A DNA stretch of 64,000 nt from Hypanus sabinus (GCF_030144855.1 NC_082714.1:43090001-43154000), one strand, 5' to 3'. Positions 35,215 through 47,822 are shown, numbered from the stretch's first letter. The notes: generated from the letters alone by a model not told the origin. Numbers and translations: made by a program.

Positions 35215-37580
35215 AGGCAATCCGTATGAAATTAGAGACGTGACAGCTGAGACAGGCTTTGAATGGCAACACATCCTATAAGGCGAATCCTAACAGCATA
35301 GACAACAGTGCTGCTGGACTCTCTTCTGAGCTAACACCTTTATGTACACTTTGAAAGGGGGAATAACACTACACCTATGTGAATACTCACAGCATCTGGT
35401 GACCCTATAGCTTTTGTTTCGGAGGCTGATGTCAGAACATTCTTCAAGGTAAACCCTTACTATCAGGCTCCAGCAGCATACTTGGCCACGTCCTGATAGC
35501 CAGTGCTGACCTACTGGCTTGAGTATTTCAGAACATCATCAACCTGTTGATAATTCTCAATTGCTTCAAAGAGGAATTATTAGACCAGTGCCCAGTGTTA
35601 CGAATGTGGAGCAACTCTGAGGGGCCGAAGGGTGCAAAGTCGACCCCTCCTTTTTGAGAATCGCAAGATCGCTATTATTTCGGTTTTGAGACCCAGGAAA
35701 TGAGAGAGATACACAGCATGTCAGTAAAGGGAGAGACACAGGATAACAGCAAAGGCAGTTGTTATAGACACTGCAGAATACACAAGGTTTGGAATGTCTC
35801 CTGACATAAGAGGAACGGAACCACTGATTACTGCTATTGTCTCTTGGAGAAGGAATTGTGTATTGAGTAATGCTCTATTCATTGAAACCCCTCAGGGGGC
35901 AACCAGAGTGGTCTGGTTGAGGGATTGCATCATCCCAACCTGATTGACATCCGAGACCCCGTGAGTAAGGATAAAAGGAGGGTCTGGGGAACAACCCCTT
36001 TAGACGCACCAGGAGAAATGCTAGAAATCCAGTGACAGCGTTTTATAGCAAAAGCCGGTGAGAGCTCGTGTGTGTCCTCCCTTGCCTGGGTGGTGGGCTC
36101 ATCACGGAAGAACGGTTTAGCTAAAGGAGAGGTCATACTTGAACGGCCACAGCAACAAGACACCGACGGATCGAAATCATAAAGGAAGGTTGGCAAAAAC
36201 AATAGCGGTAACTGTTCCCATTCTTCTATCTCTCTCTCTCTCTCTCTCCAACAATTGCAACACAGCGACAAACAAACAACGGCAGCCTGTGTGAACTGAA
36301 ACGAACTGTATATTTCCATCGGACAATTCATTATCCCCTAGACAACGATAGAGCTTGTTTCTTATTGATTATTATTATACCCGCACTTTTAGGTTTAGTA
36401 TTGACGACGTATATTATCTGTATATTTGCATTGATATTATTTTTGTGTATTTTTACTAATAAATACTGTTAAAAATAGTATCATCAGACTTCAACGGATG
36501 TCTCTATCTTTGCTGGTAAGTGACCCAGTTACGGGGTTCGTAACACCAGGAAGAGCAGGGTGGGCTGCCAGTTGACCACGAGCATTCACATCTACTGTAA
36601 TGAAGTACTTTTAGAATTGGTTATGGCTAGAATTAACGGCTGCCAGGGGAAGGATCTGGACTTGCTGCAGTTTACCTACCACTGCAACAGATCTACAACA
36701 GATGCAGTCTCACTGGCTCTCCACTCTGTTTTAAACATCTAGACAACAGTAAAACATACATCAGACTGCTGTTTATCGATTACAGCTCAGCATTCAACAA
36801 CGTTATCTTCTCATTGTTAATCGCAAGCTTCTAAATCTGCATCTCTAAACATCCCTCTGCAACTGAATCCTTTACTTCCTCATTATAAGACCGCGGTCAG
36901 TATGGATCCTCACTGATAATCCGCACAGACACACTCCAAGGATGTGTGCTCAACCCACTGCTCAGTGTTCTACCCTCTCTACACTCAAGACTGTGTGGCT
37001 AAGCACAGCTCAAACATCATCTGTAAATTTTGAGATGGTAACTGAGGGTAAAATCTCAGATGGCAACGGGGAGAACACACACCAGTCCTCTTCAAGAAGT
37101 CAGCAGTGGAAATAGGAGCAGCATTGAATTCCTGGCTGTCAACATCTCCAGGGATCTATCCTGGACCCAACACATTGGTGCATTCACAATGAATGGATGT
37201 TTGTGGCTGTACTCCATTAGGACTTTGAGGAGATTTGGTAAGTCATGAAAGACACTAGCAAATTTCTATAGATGTATACTGGAGAGTATTCCGACTGGTA
37301 TAGAGGGTTCATTGCACAGGATCACAAGAAGCTGCAGAGGGTTGTAGACTTAGCCAACCCTCCTCATCATTATGGACGTCTTCAAGAGGCAGCACCTCAA
37401 GAAGGCAGCATCCATCATTAAAGACCCTCATCATCTGGAGCATGCTCTCTTCTGGTTACTACCATCAGGGAGGAGGTGTAGGAGCCTGAAGACCCAAACT
37501 CAATGATTTAGGAAGAACTTCCCCTCCAACAGATTTCTGAATGGTCAATGAACACTAATTACCTCATTACTCTCTTTTTT
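35215..37580 (+). mobile_element. Rex1/Babar-like LINE, split by a solo LTR
   Basis: QFTYHCNRSTTDAVSLALH, RLLFIDYSSAFN, PQGCVLNPL and FLAVNISRDLSW motifs; host reads through the CCAG TSD. Confidence 0.8.
35596..36545 (+). mobile_element. Solo LTR (950 bp, Gypsy-type 4-bp TSD)
   Basis: TGTTACGAA...TTCGTAACA termini; TSD CCAG at 35592-95 and 36546-49; AATAAA at 36458-63. Confidence 0.92.
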
Positions 37581-40500
37581 TGTGGCCTGCACGTCTAATC
37601 AGTTGGAACTCACTGTAATCCTTGATCTTTTAAGTTCCTGTCTGCTGCATAATAGACTGCCACTAACACTTTTAGTGTGGTTAAATTGTATCGCCCCTCA
37701 TCCATTTCTAAATCTAAGGGGAACCAGCTTGAGGGACTGGAGCCCATAAAAGCTGCACATAGAAGATATCTAATCCCATTGTTAGAATCATGCACAATCC
37801 CACTTTAGTATATTGTTATTCATGTGGCACTTTTACCATATGTGGATGCTCCAACCTATCAATCTTTCAACTTCAATTACCTGAATTTTGTTGATTTATG
37901 TGAGCTTTGATTTCTGAAACTTTGTTTAGTGTTCCCTAGCAAACTTGGAACATTCTTGGTTATCTTTCATTGCACTTGATTACTGATGATGTGCTGCTTG
38001 TATTTGGAGAAATTGAGCTTCGTTTTACATTTAACCTTTGGGAAAAGTCAAAAAAAGGGACTTGAAGGTGTAGCAACAATAATGTGGTCTTTTGAGGATT
38101 GATGGCTTTAGTAGCTGTGTAAACTTGGAACAATTTAAGTTAGTTTCACATTTCTCAGTCTGGATAAAGATGGGGGACTGGGAAAATAGTGAACTTTGTA
38201 TGGGATATATCATCAGTGAGTGAGTACAGTCAACAGAAACAAAAGTAGAATTTTCTAGCGTCTTCTCCTTTCCTTCACAGTTGTGAAGAAGGGTCTCAGT
38301 ACGAAACAGTGACATTTCCATTTTTTTTACATCCATTTGACTCAGGACATTATTTCATTGACATATAACATATTCACAGCCCACAGTGTCTTGCTTTTAG
38401 ACTTTTCCAGGTTCAGTTGGCTAAGCGAGCTAGTGGCCCGGTGGAGTAGGCTCTGAGAGATGTGTATTGTTTAGGCCTTGAATCCTGGGCCCATTTTCTT
38501 ATTGATAGCTAAATACTGCCAAAAGCCTTTAAATTGCTTTCAAATACAACTGATGGTCTGAGACATTGAAAATCTATTCAAATAGATTTCAATAATTTAA
38601 AAAATAAAGTAGTATAGAGAAATGTTTCATTGAAGATACCTTGCAAGGGATGATAAATAATCAGGTTAGCTGTGGGTCAGAAGTATCAGACTTCCATGTT
38701 TGCCTAGATCTACATGAAGGCACAAGATGAACTGGCTGTAAACAATTATCAGCTGCAGATTTCCCCAAACCATCAGTAGTCTGTCAGCTTGAGTTAGCCA
38801 GCTTGTGTTCTTGCTCACGACATAGTTGGGTGGAGTAAAAGTGTTCCATGCATGAAAGCAAGTAAAATATATTTCTTAAAATGTCAGCCAAATGCTGATC
38901 ATGCAACTGTAAGCACATGTGCAGATGATGTGATTGATTCGGTTAGAATTTAGTGATTAACTGTGACATGCAAATGAGCATTAAACATAGACTGTTCTTT
39001 CCTGAAATCTGTTCTGCCGTTTGATTTTATCTTGGTTGATATAGCTTAACTACATACAGTTTATGATCCTTACTACTGTAATGCTTAATACCATTGTCAT
39101 GTGAATATTTATCAATCTTATTTTTGCTAATTATAATTCCTACTACCTTTGTGACATTAGCAACTTAGCTACATTACTTTTGGTGTCTCCATTAAAGTCA
39201 CTGAGGTGAATTACAGATGGTTGAAGCTCCAGCTTTAACAGCTTAAGAGTATATACCAAATTTGCATTTTCCCCAGGTATGAAGAAGTATTTGCTGACTT
39301 CATCCCTGAATTGATCAGGTCTAATTTGAAGATCATGCCCCTTGTTCTGGCCCCTTTACCAAAGTCAAACTTAAGAGACTGACTAGTGATCTTAATGACT
39401 CCCTTTAGATCACCCAGTAAGCATCAGTATTGAAGGAAATATGAGCCAAGTTATATCTTCATAACTGGTATTTGGTGTTAGTTAGCTAGAGCTTCATTGT
39501 CGTTGCTATGGACAAAGAGATTGTAGTGCTGCTCAATCTATTGTGCTGTCTCTAGTTTCTTCCAGCTGCGGCTGGTGCCTGGCTTGCCTTGGTGATAATA
39601 GCGATCTCTAGCGGTATGTGTTCTGTGATACTGAGCTGAGAGCTATCAATACTCTTAATACATTTGATATTGATATTCGGAAGTTCTTGTCAGCTATATT
39701 GTTGAACGTTTGCCTGATTGGGAGAGTTTGAAGCCACTGGTGCCATTTTGAAATATGGATGCATGAGAAAAAAGGACTGGGCTATAAGATGACAGTGGCC
39801 ATCAAAAGCAGTAGAAGCAAAGCTATATATGACAATCACTCTTGATGTCATGGACTGGTGAATTCCTCACATGCCCTTCAGATCAAGCCTGCTTCTTAGA
39901 ATGCTGGACCATATGTACTCATCAGCTTACAGACATCTAGTCTCTATAATCCCAATACATTTACGGGGTAGGTGGTGAGCAATTAAACAGGTAGGGTGGG
40001 GTTTATTGTGTGTATGTATCACTATCCATTATAGTGCAGAAGACAATGCGTGTAGTGATTTTTCAGTTAGAATTGCTGAATTAATGATCAATCTTGGGCT
40101 TTTGGTGGAGTCACCGCCTTGTAAAATCTAGTCTACAACCAATTCGACCCTGGAAGTGTGAAAATATAAAACAGAAACAGCTGAAAACATCTAAATTCTA
40201 ATCAAATCTGATTAATTTCCTACTGAACATTATCCCAAACAAACAACCGAAGTATGATTGATGGTAGCTACAAGGTCTGCATATCAAACTCGTAATTCCA
40301 ATCCGAATAGGAGAGAATTAGGTGAACTCAAAGCTCATTTTCTTTAAATGATCATCGATCCTAGAAAAAGATCTGGCAACGTATTTAGAGATTCCTGAAC
40401 AGTTTAGTTTGGAGCAAAGGACAGTCAGTTGTGATCAAGATCAGCCATCTTAATTGAAATATTTAGTGTAACAAATGCTTGCTCTTTAGTTGAGATTAGA

Positions 40501-40856
40501 TATTGTAATTGATTAACAAACTCTTTGCAGTCTGTACACTGAATCAGGTAATGGCACAGATACGTATAATTGTCACCATGTGACAATTGTGTCTATGTTC
40601 ATTTGTGTGCCATTGATCTCTAGTAAATGGCAGGACCATTTGGGAGAATACTTGTGTGGTTAGATCACAGTTTACTTCAAAGCTATATTATGCCCTTCAT
40701 GGGTTAGGGAATTAATAGTTTACTGGTCCTTGTCCCTCCCAGACAATTACATAGTTATGGGAGTGCCAGAGGCAGAAGTGTTTCTTGACATGCCAATGTG
40801 GCATCTCTCTTTTTCCACCTCTCATTTTAGAAGTAGTAGAGGCCAGTTCAGTTATG

Positions 40857-41012
40857 TCATTTAAGGTAAAATTGGATAGGCATATGGACAGGAAAGGAGT
40901 GGAGGGTTATGGGCTGAGTGCGGGTAGGTGGGACTAGGTGAGATTAAGGGTTCGGCACGGACTACGAGGGCCAAGATGGCCTGTTTCCGTGCTGTGATTG
41001 TTATATGGTTAT
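40857..41012 (+). mobile_element. CR1 3'-terminal fragment
   Basis: catttaaggtaaaattggataggcatatggacagg...ggcctgtttccgtgctgt terminus. Confidence 0.75.
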
Positions 41013-42479
41013 AAACTTGTATCTGATATTCATTCACTCATCCCTGTGGAATGAGGCTGTTAATTGTGGTAGAGAATAGCCCTTTGACCTTGTGTGCTTG
41101 ACATGTACATTGTTTATAGTTCCAAAGAAATTAAATCATGCTTTGGTCTATTTGTACAGTGCTAATTGGCAATTATGTAGCCCTTTCTCAGCAACCATCT
41201 TTTTATCATCTTGCTATACCCTACCCCAAAATTTAACTGGGTGCACGAAGGTATAAAGGCTGTGATGGACCTTTGTTTTCACCTTGATTGTGGTTTCCTA
41301 TGAATTCATTCATGCAATGTGATGAACTTTGACTGTTCTCTCCTCCTCCTGGATATGTTGGCCTGATTTTATCATTCACACAACTTGGAGGGGAGAAAGG
41401 GACTTGGGACTCCGCAGCATATGTGCCCAAATTTTGACATCAACTTGTAACAAAAGCATTTATCCAGTTAATTTCACGTTGATGGTGAGTTTGCTCAGTT
41501 GCCGATGAGGCTTTTGATAATGGTGACGCAATTAAATACCAAGGGGAGGTTGCAAGGTAAGGCATTCCTAATACTCATGGTCACTGACTGGGAGTTGTAA
41601 TGTAATGGTTATTACTTCTCATGAACCAGCCAAAATCTAAATTGGTTGTAATGCAAACTGGAGTCCAAATCATACATTAGTGTCATCTATTCCTTGGTAG
41701 GTGTCACAAAGACTTTGATGGAACCCGCCCTCGCTCTGCTATACTTGGCAGCTTTCCACTTTGGTAGTTTTACTGTGTTGTAGCGGACTTGGAAATGTTG
41801 ACTAGTAGCCGGTGAGAACTGCAGCTGTGTGCTCTGATAAGTAGCAGGTAATGTTTGAACCTGTCAGTGGACAATCAGAAATGGTTGAAACAAATTCCCT
41901 TGACATCATTTGCTTATGATCACTGAAATCCCCCACCACCCACACCAAATAGCCCCCTAGACCAGCCATGTAAAGTGCAGCCACAGATTAGAGGCTAGTA
42001 TTTTCAGTTAGCCAGGTTAAATGCACCTGGTGTTTAATTTTAAAGTTTTTTGGGTCTGTTTACCCACTCTGTATTTCAGCCAGAGACAGCGCAAACCAAG
42101 TTAATTTGTCTGAGCTTAGTTATCATAAACTGTAAATTGGAACTACGCTATTCTTGACATGGAAAAAATATGCTACTCAATTAAGTGTAATTATATAAAT
42201 AGGCATGTTTTATTTGACTGCTTAAGCTCATTAATGATTAACTGTTTCTGTTGAGTGGCCTCCTGAGTCCAGACCTCTCAGAGCTACTAATAATCATAAT
42301 CTTTACACCATTATATCTCCTTGAAATGCAAGTTTTAGCATTTTTAATGGTTATGGCAACTTGCCTGTTGTTAATTTAACTAGATTAGTTACATTAGTGA
42401 TATTAAATAAGAGATTTGAATCAGCTGGAACAGTTAAAGGCCTAAAGATGAAATTGATTATCATAGAGTTTTTAAAACT

Positions 42480-43150
42480 GTGATGAAGTACTTAATTGTG
42501 CTGTTCCATGGAGGAGTGATTTCAGGTTAGAATGGATAAAGTAAGCCTACTTGGCTTGAAGGAAAGAAGGTTTAGAGGAAATTTGATGGATGTGCGTGGG
42601 ATCATGATGTGTTGACAGGGTAGATAGAGAAGGTTGATGTTGTTAGCAGATGGTTCATGGATTGGATGCAAATTTAAAGTGAGGGAAAAAATATAGAGTG
42701 CAAATGTGATGGAGGTATTTAGAGTATCATCTGAAATTTGCTGCCGGTAAGATTTTTGGAAAAAGGTTCTTCAACTAGAGATCGTAGCTCAAGGGTGAAG
42801 TGCAAAATGTTTAAGGGGAACATGAGGAGAAACATCTTCACTTAGAGGCTGATGAGTGTGGAACATGCTGCCACCGCAGGTGGTGGATGGGATTTCTATT
42901 TCAACATTGAGAGAAGTTTGGATATGTACAATTATGGGAGGGGAAAGGAGGGGCTATGGTCCGAGGGCAGGTTGATGGGACCAGGCAGTTTAAATGAGTC
43001 TGCAAGGACTAGATGGGCTGAAGGGCCTGTTTTTGTGCTGTAGTTTTCTAAGACTATATGAATTTTAAAAGGGAAGTGAATGAGCATTTGAGAGTAATTG
43101 TCAGGGAGGGGAATGGGAAGGACTGAATCCCTCCAGGCGGAGCTGGTGTT
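42480..43150 (+). mobile_element. Old CR1 remnant with a younger CR1 3' end (about 42780-43060) inside
   Basis: CR1 late-ORF2 remnants and gggcctgttttt-gtgctgtagttttctaagactatatga tail. Confidence 0.6.
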
Positions 43151-43301
43151 GATTCAGTGGACTGCACGAAAGAGCTACGATTGTAAATATACCTACTTAT
43201 ATAACAGTTGAACTAAATGCATAATTGAACAATAAAATAAACTTGTTTGCACATAAAGTATAATTAAACTAAATAATAATTCCTGGTGCATTTTTTTATA
43301 G

Positions 43302-43373
43302 CTCTTCTTGGTGAATGTAATGGAAAAGAAAAACTGGAGTCAACAATCCTCAAGTTGCGACAGGATCAGAAAG
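43302..43373 (+). CDS. TBL3: TBL3 coding exon (72 nt, symmetric phase 1-1)
   Basis: tttttttatag| acceptor; (A)LLGECNGKEKLESTILKLRQDQK, cf. recalled human EKLEATMLRLRRDQK; donor gtatgg. Confidence 0.93.
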
Positions 43374-43701
43374 GTATGGCTGTATCATGAGACACGAGCA
43401 CAAGAAAGTTGCTGGATGAGTAGGCCGTCAATCCTTCAAACATGCCCTGCCACTTACTATGATCATGACGAATCTGTGCTGGCCTTGGCTACCTCTTCTG
43501 TGCCAATTCTGCTTATTGCTCTATCCCTCAATCTATTGAATATTGATCCATCTCCAGTTGTGGTTAATCAGAACCCACTACCCAACAAGGCAGAGAATTC
43601 CACAGATTTACCATCCACTGCAAGAAGAAATTTCTTCTTACCTTAGTTTTAAGTGAAGGGTCCCTTATCTTTGCTCACAACTCTCCCACTTAGCACACCT
43701 A

Positions 43702-44463
43702 CGGTTGCAGGAAAAAGTTGTGAACCTGGTTTTCTGCATTAATTCTGCAAATGTCACTCCACTCTTTAAAAAGGGAGGAAGGCGAGAGAAAGGAAATTAT
43801 AGTCCAGTTAGCCTAACCTCAGTGGTTGGGAAAATGTTGGGGTTTATTATTAAGGATGAGGTTTTGGGGTACTTGGAGACTAATGATAAAAATTACTCAA
43901 AGTCAGCATGGTGTCTGTAAAGGGAGATCTTGCCTGACAAATTTTTTGAGGAAGTTACAAGCAGGGTGGACAAAGAGGCAGTGGATGTCATTTACTTGGA
44001 TTTTCAGAAGGCATTTGATAAAGTAGCATACCTGAGGCTGCTTAACAAGATAAAATCCTATGGTGTTACAGGAAAGGTATTCCATCTGCCACTTGTTTGC
44101 CCGTTCTTCCAATTTGTCCATGTCCTGCTGCAATCGCTTTGCTTACTCAGCACTACCTACCCCTCCACCAACCTTCATATTATCCGGAAACTTTGCCACA
44201 AAGCCATCAATTCCATTATCTATATCACTGACAAATAATGTGAAAAGAAGTGGTCAGAGGCTCACATGCTTTTTTTTAACATAGACTGTGATTGTTGAGA
44301 TGGTGTACTTGGTATTGACGAGCAGAAGTACAATTGTTTGTGTTTGGTATCAGTTTAGGCAGATTGTGTTTATTGTTGTGACAGATGAAGATCAGACCAC
44401 ATTTTGAGTAATTAATGCAGCAAACCAGTAATTGCAAAGGGTTCACACCTTTTCCTGCAACTG
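43702..44463. mobile_element. Tc1-like remnant with both TIRs; interior replaced by CR1 fragments
   Basis: TA|cggttgcaggaaaaagttgtgaacc ... ggttcacaccttttcctgcaactg|TA. CR1 RT piece on + (NVTPLFKKG, YLDFQKAFDKV; about 43744-44077) is followed by a CR1 piece on - (about 44078-44252). Confidence 0.75.
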
Positions 44464-44637
44464 TATTTTCTGTTGGAGAAGCTGGAGATGAAACAAGTAC
44501 CGTAAATTCCGGACTATAAGCCGCTACTTTTTTCCCACGCTTTGAACACTGCAGCAACACTGCGGCCTATACTACGGTGCGGCTAATGCATGTTTTTTTT
44601 CATGTCACCAAAAACATTTTGCCTCGTAACAGTAGAC

Positions 44638-45751
44638 TGTTATGAATCCCGTAAGTGGAGAACTTACCAGCAAAGATAGAGAGGTCCGTTGAAGTCTGAT
44701 GTCACTATTTTCAAACATTTTATTCGTAAAGGGACACAAAAGTAGGGTAAATACATACATTCAGATAGGGCACATTGTCAACACTCAATCTAAAGCGCGG
44801 GTACATTAATAATCATCATTATTAAGTGAGCTCTGCTGATGTCTAGGGGTTACTAGATTGTCCGTTGGAAATATAGAAGTCACTCAGAAGGCTGCCGGCC
44901 TCAGCCCTTTGAAAATCGCTGGGTTTCACGTGGGGCGACCGAGAGAGAGAGATTGGGGGAGAAGAGAAAGAACTTGCCGAGTCTTGATGAATCTTCCGTG
45001 AAATCGGGGGAGCGTTGGTTTCCTCTCCCCGATGTTAGTTAAAAGCGGTTTCCTGTGATTCCAGCCACAGATTCCAATCCCGGAATCTAACGCACGTAGC
45101 TTCCTTCAGAATGGCTTCCCACTTCTGCAGGACCACCCTCTCGTGTCTTCTTGGTGCGTCTGAGGGCTGTCCCCCGAGACTCTCCTTTATAATTCCTCAC
45201 GGGGTCGCAGGAGTCAGTCAGGTTGGGATGATGCAGTCTCTCTCTCAACCAGCCCACCTTGCCCGAGGGCTTTTCACGTGGTCTCCATGAGACAATAGTC
45301 GCTGTCCCCTTATTCTGTATCCCAGGTGGAATGTGCAATTTGTATTTTTATGATCCCAGCCCCCTTCTTTGTGAGAATCGCAAGAGCACCCGTCGAAAGG
45401 TGGGGGGTGGGGGGGTCAGTAGACCCAGTCGGAGAGAGAGAGAGAGAAACGTGTCAAATTGCAGGTACCACCAGGGATACAGAATAACAACAGCGACTAT
45501 TGTCTCTGAATGTTTGTATTAACCCTACTTTTGTGTCCCTTTATCAATAAAAATGTTTGAAAATAGTGACATCAGACTTCGACGGACCTCTCTATCTTTG
45601 CTGGTAAGTTCTCCAGTTACGGGATTCGTAACAGCACGTTTCTCTCTCTCTCTCTCTCTCTCTCCGACTGGGCGACTGGGTCTACCCCCCCCCCCCACCC
45701 TCGACGGGCGCTCTTGTGATTCTCACAAAGGAGGGGGCTGGGATCATAGCA
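44638..45751 (-). mobile_element. Solo LTR (minus), related to 35596-36545, containing an inverted mini-copy
   Basis: TG...CA termini; TSD AGAC at 44634-37 and 45752-55; end sequence is the near reverse complement of 36472-36545. Confidence 0.88.
45346..45633 (+). mobile_element. Internally deleted (about 290 bp) copy of the same LTR in opposite orientation
   Basis: 45346-45453 is the reverse complement of 45635-45751, 45454-45505 of 45289-45342, and 45507-45633 of 44638-44765. Ends ttcgtaaCA. Confidence 0.8.
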
Positions 45752-46339
45752 AGACCAATAAAATTGATGAGTAGTTCACAGAGGTCCAATGAAATTGTAC
45801 GATAAATCAAGCGCACTTTCACAATTAAATTATTGTAAATCAGTCATTTGTACTCACCCTCATCAACATGGAAAACACTCGAAGAAAAGCATATGATGCA
45901 GCTTTTAAGTTAAAGGCGATCAATAACTTTTCCTGGTAGGCTGCAGTATATATATTTCTTTACCAGTCGTTAGGAGATATTGAAATGTTGTTCGTGCACT
46001 GTTCAGTAAAAAAGTATATGCAACGTAATTTGTGTGTTACCGATACGTAGGTATATTTAAAAGTAGCTGTGTTACAGGCACTGTTCGAAAAAAAGCATTT
46101 GCAATATGTATTTGTTTATGTTACCATACGGATTTAATTAAAAGTTAAAAAATCCTCACATGTAATATCTTTCTGTGTAAACATATCACATTACAACGTG
46201 GGACACCTGCGGCTTAAAATCCGGTGCGGCTTGTACAAGTACAAAATTGATTTTCTTTCTAAAATTAGAGCATGCGGCTTTTAATCAGGTGCGCTCTGTA
46301 GTCCGGAATCTACGGTAGATAATTATCTTTTACTGTTAC

Positions 46340-46765
46340 AAAACTGGTATTTGTTTATTATTGTCACATGTGAAAAGATGCAGTGAAAAACATGTCTTGC
46401 ATACTGCTCATACAAATCATTACACAGTGGATTGGGTTAGAAAAAGATAAAGCAATAACAATGCATAATATAGTATAAAAGCTGTTGAAAAAGTACAGTA
46501 CAGGCAAGCGATAAAGCCCAGGATCGAAACAAGATTGTCAGGCCAAGAGTCCATCTTATCGTGTAAGATGTCCATTCAAGAGTCTTGTAACAGTGAGGTA
46601 GAAGTTGTCCTTGAGCTGGATGGTTTTCAGGGTTTTACCTTCTGCCTGATGGGAGAGGGAGAAGAGAGAATGTCCAGGGTGGACGGTGTCATTAATTATG
46701 CTGGCTGCTTTATTGAGGTAGTGAGAATTGTAGACTGAGAGCATAGTGGAGAAGCTGGTGAGAAA
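46340..46765 (-). mobile_element. Rex1/Babar-like 3' fragment
   Basis: KAASIINDTVHPGHSLFSL motif on minus strand; 3' end like 28375. Confidence 0.7.
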
Positions 46766-47822
46766 CTACTTTGACCAAAGCTCTTCAGGTGCAAATTTGG
46801 TGTGAGAAGGTCAAATCGGAATCTTTCTTTCTTGATGTTGGGAGACGTGGTCACCTTAATCCTTTTGAGCTTCATTGTTCCATATGCACATCGATAGATC
46901 ACAGGTAAAAGAAACGTTGTCACAAAGGTTTATTGGTTTTTATGTTACGGAGAATGGATTCCTGAGCTATGTAGAATCTTGACTCACTGAACCTCAGGAA
47001 GGGATATAATGTGCGTTTGTCTGTGTGTTATGGTGCAGCAGGTAATTAGGAAGAAAAACAATCCATTGACCATTATTCCAAAAAAGATTAGAGAACAAGA
47101 GTAAAGACATCTTGCTGCAGTCATATGGTGACACAGTAAACTGTAGATGCAGGAATCTGGAGTGAAAAATGAACAAACAAACAAACTCGGTGGGTTGAGC
47201 AGCATCTGGGGAGGCAAAAGGATAACTGACGTTACAGGTCAAGAGCCGGCATCAGTCAAACTATTTTGTATGTCACCAAATGTAACGTGTTCCACCATTC
47301 AGCTTTAGTTGCAACATGTTATCATTTTCAAGCTTTATTAAAAACTTGGTTCTGTTTTATTAATGCAGCTAGAAATGGATCAAAAACATCACCATCTTTA
47401 CTGTGTTAAAGCAGCATCTATGAATAACAAGATTTTAAGTACCTGCAAATTGTATTCATAAGAACTCCATTGAACCACCTGATGGTTATGGTGGTATATT
47501 ATAATTACTTAATCAAAAATAATATTTAACAGTTAACATAAAATGTTTAAATGCAATTTCCATAGAGTGAATTTTTTTCCTGATCTTATGTTTGACATTA
47601 TGCACTGATTTGGCTAAATTCAGACAAATCAATTTTGGAGACAGCATGTCTATGTGCAGTTATAAGCTCTTACAAATTTTGTTGCATTGTCTCCTATGAT
47701 AAGATTGACTATTGCAGAGTTATTTTTTCTAAAGCTGTGTTCCACTGTATATGTTGCATATACTGTAAATTGCATGCTGTAAATGCATCTGAAAAATTAA
47801 CTAGTGTACTTATTTTCCTTAG

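Larger units (their letters stand above)
44500..46315. mobile_element. Non-autonomous pogo/Tigger-like transposon hosting an LTR
   Basis: TA|CCGTAAATTCCGGACTATAAG ... CTGTAGTCCGGAATCTACGG|TA; residual transposase start MENTRRKAYDAAFKLKAI near 45868. Confidence 0.88.

Noticed and set aside
35930-36331. 133-aa minus ORF, and the 45087-45774 ORFs
   Set aside because: They lie inside solo LTRs and cross (GA)n microsatellites; no gag/pol motifs.
38574-38639. Minus-strand GTATCTTC as a possible U12-type donor
   Set aside because: Does not match GTATCCTT and has no TCCTTAAC branch site.
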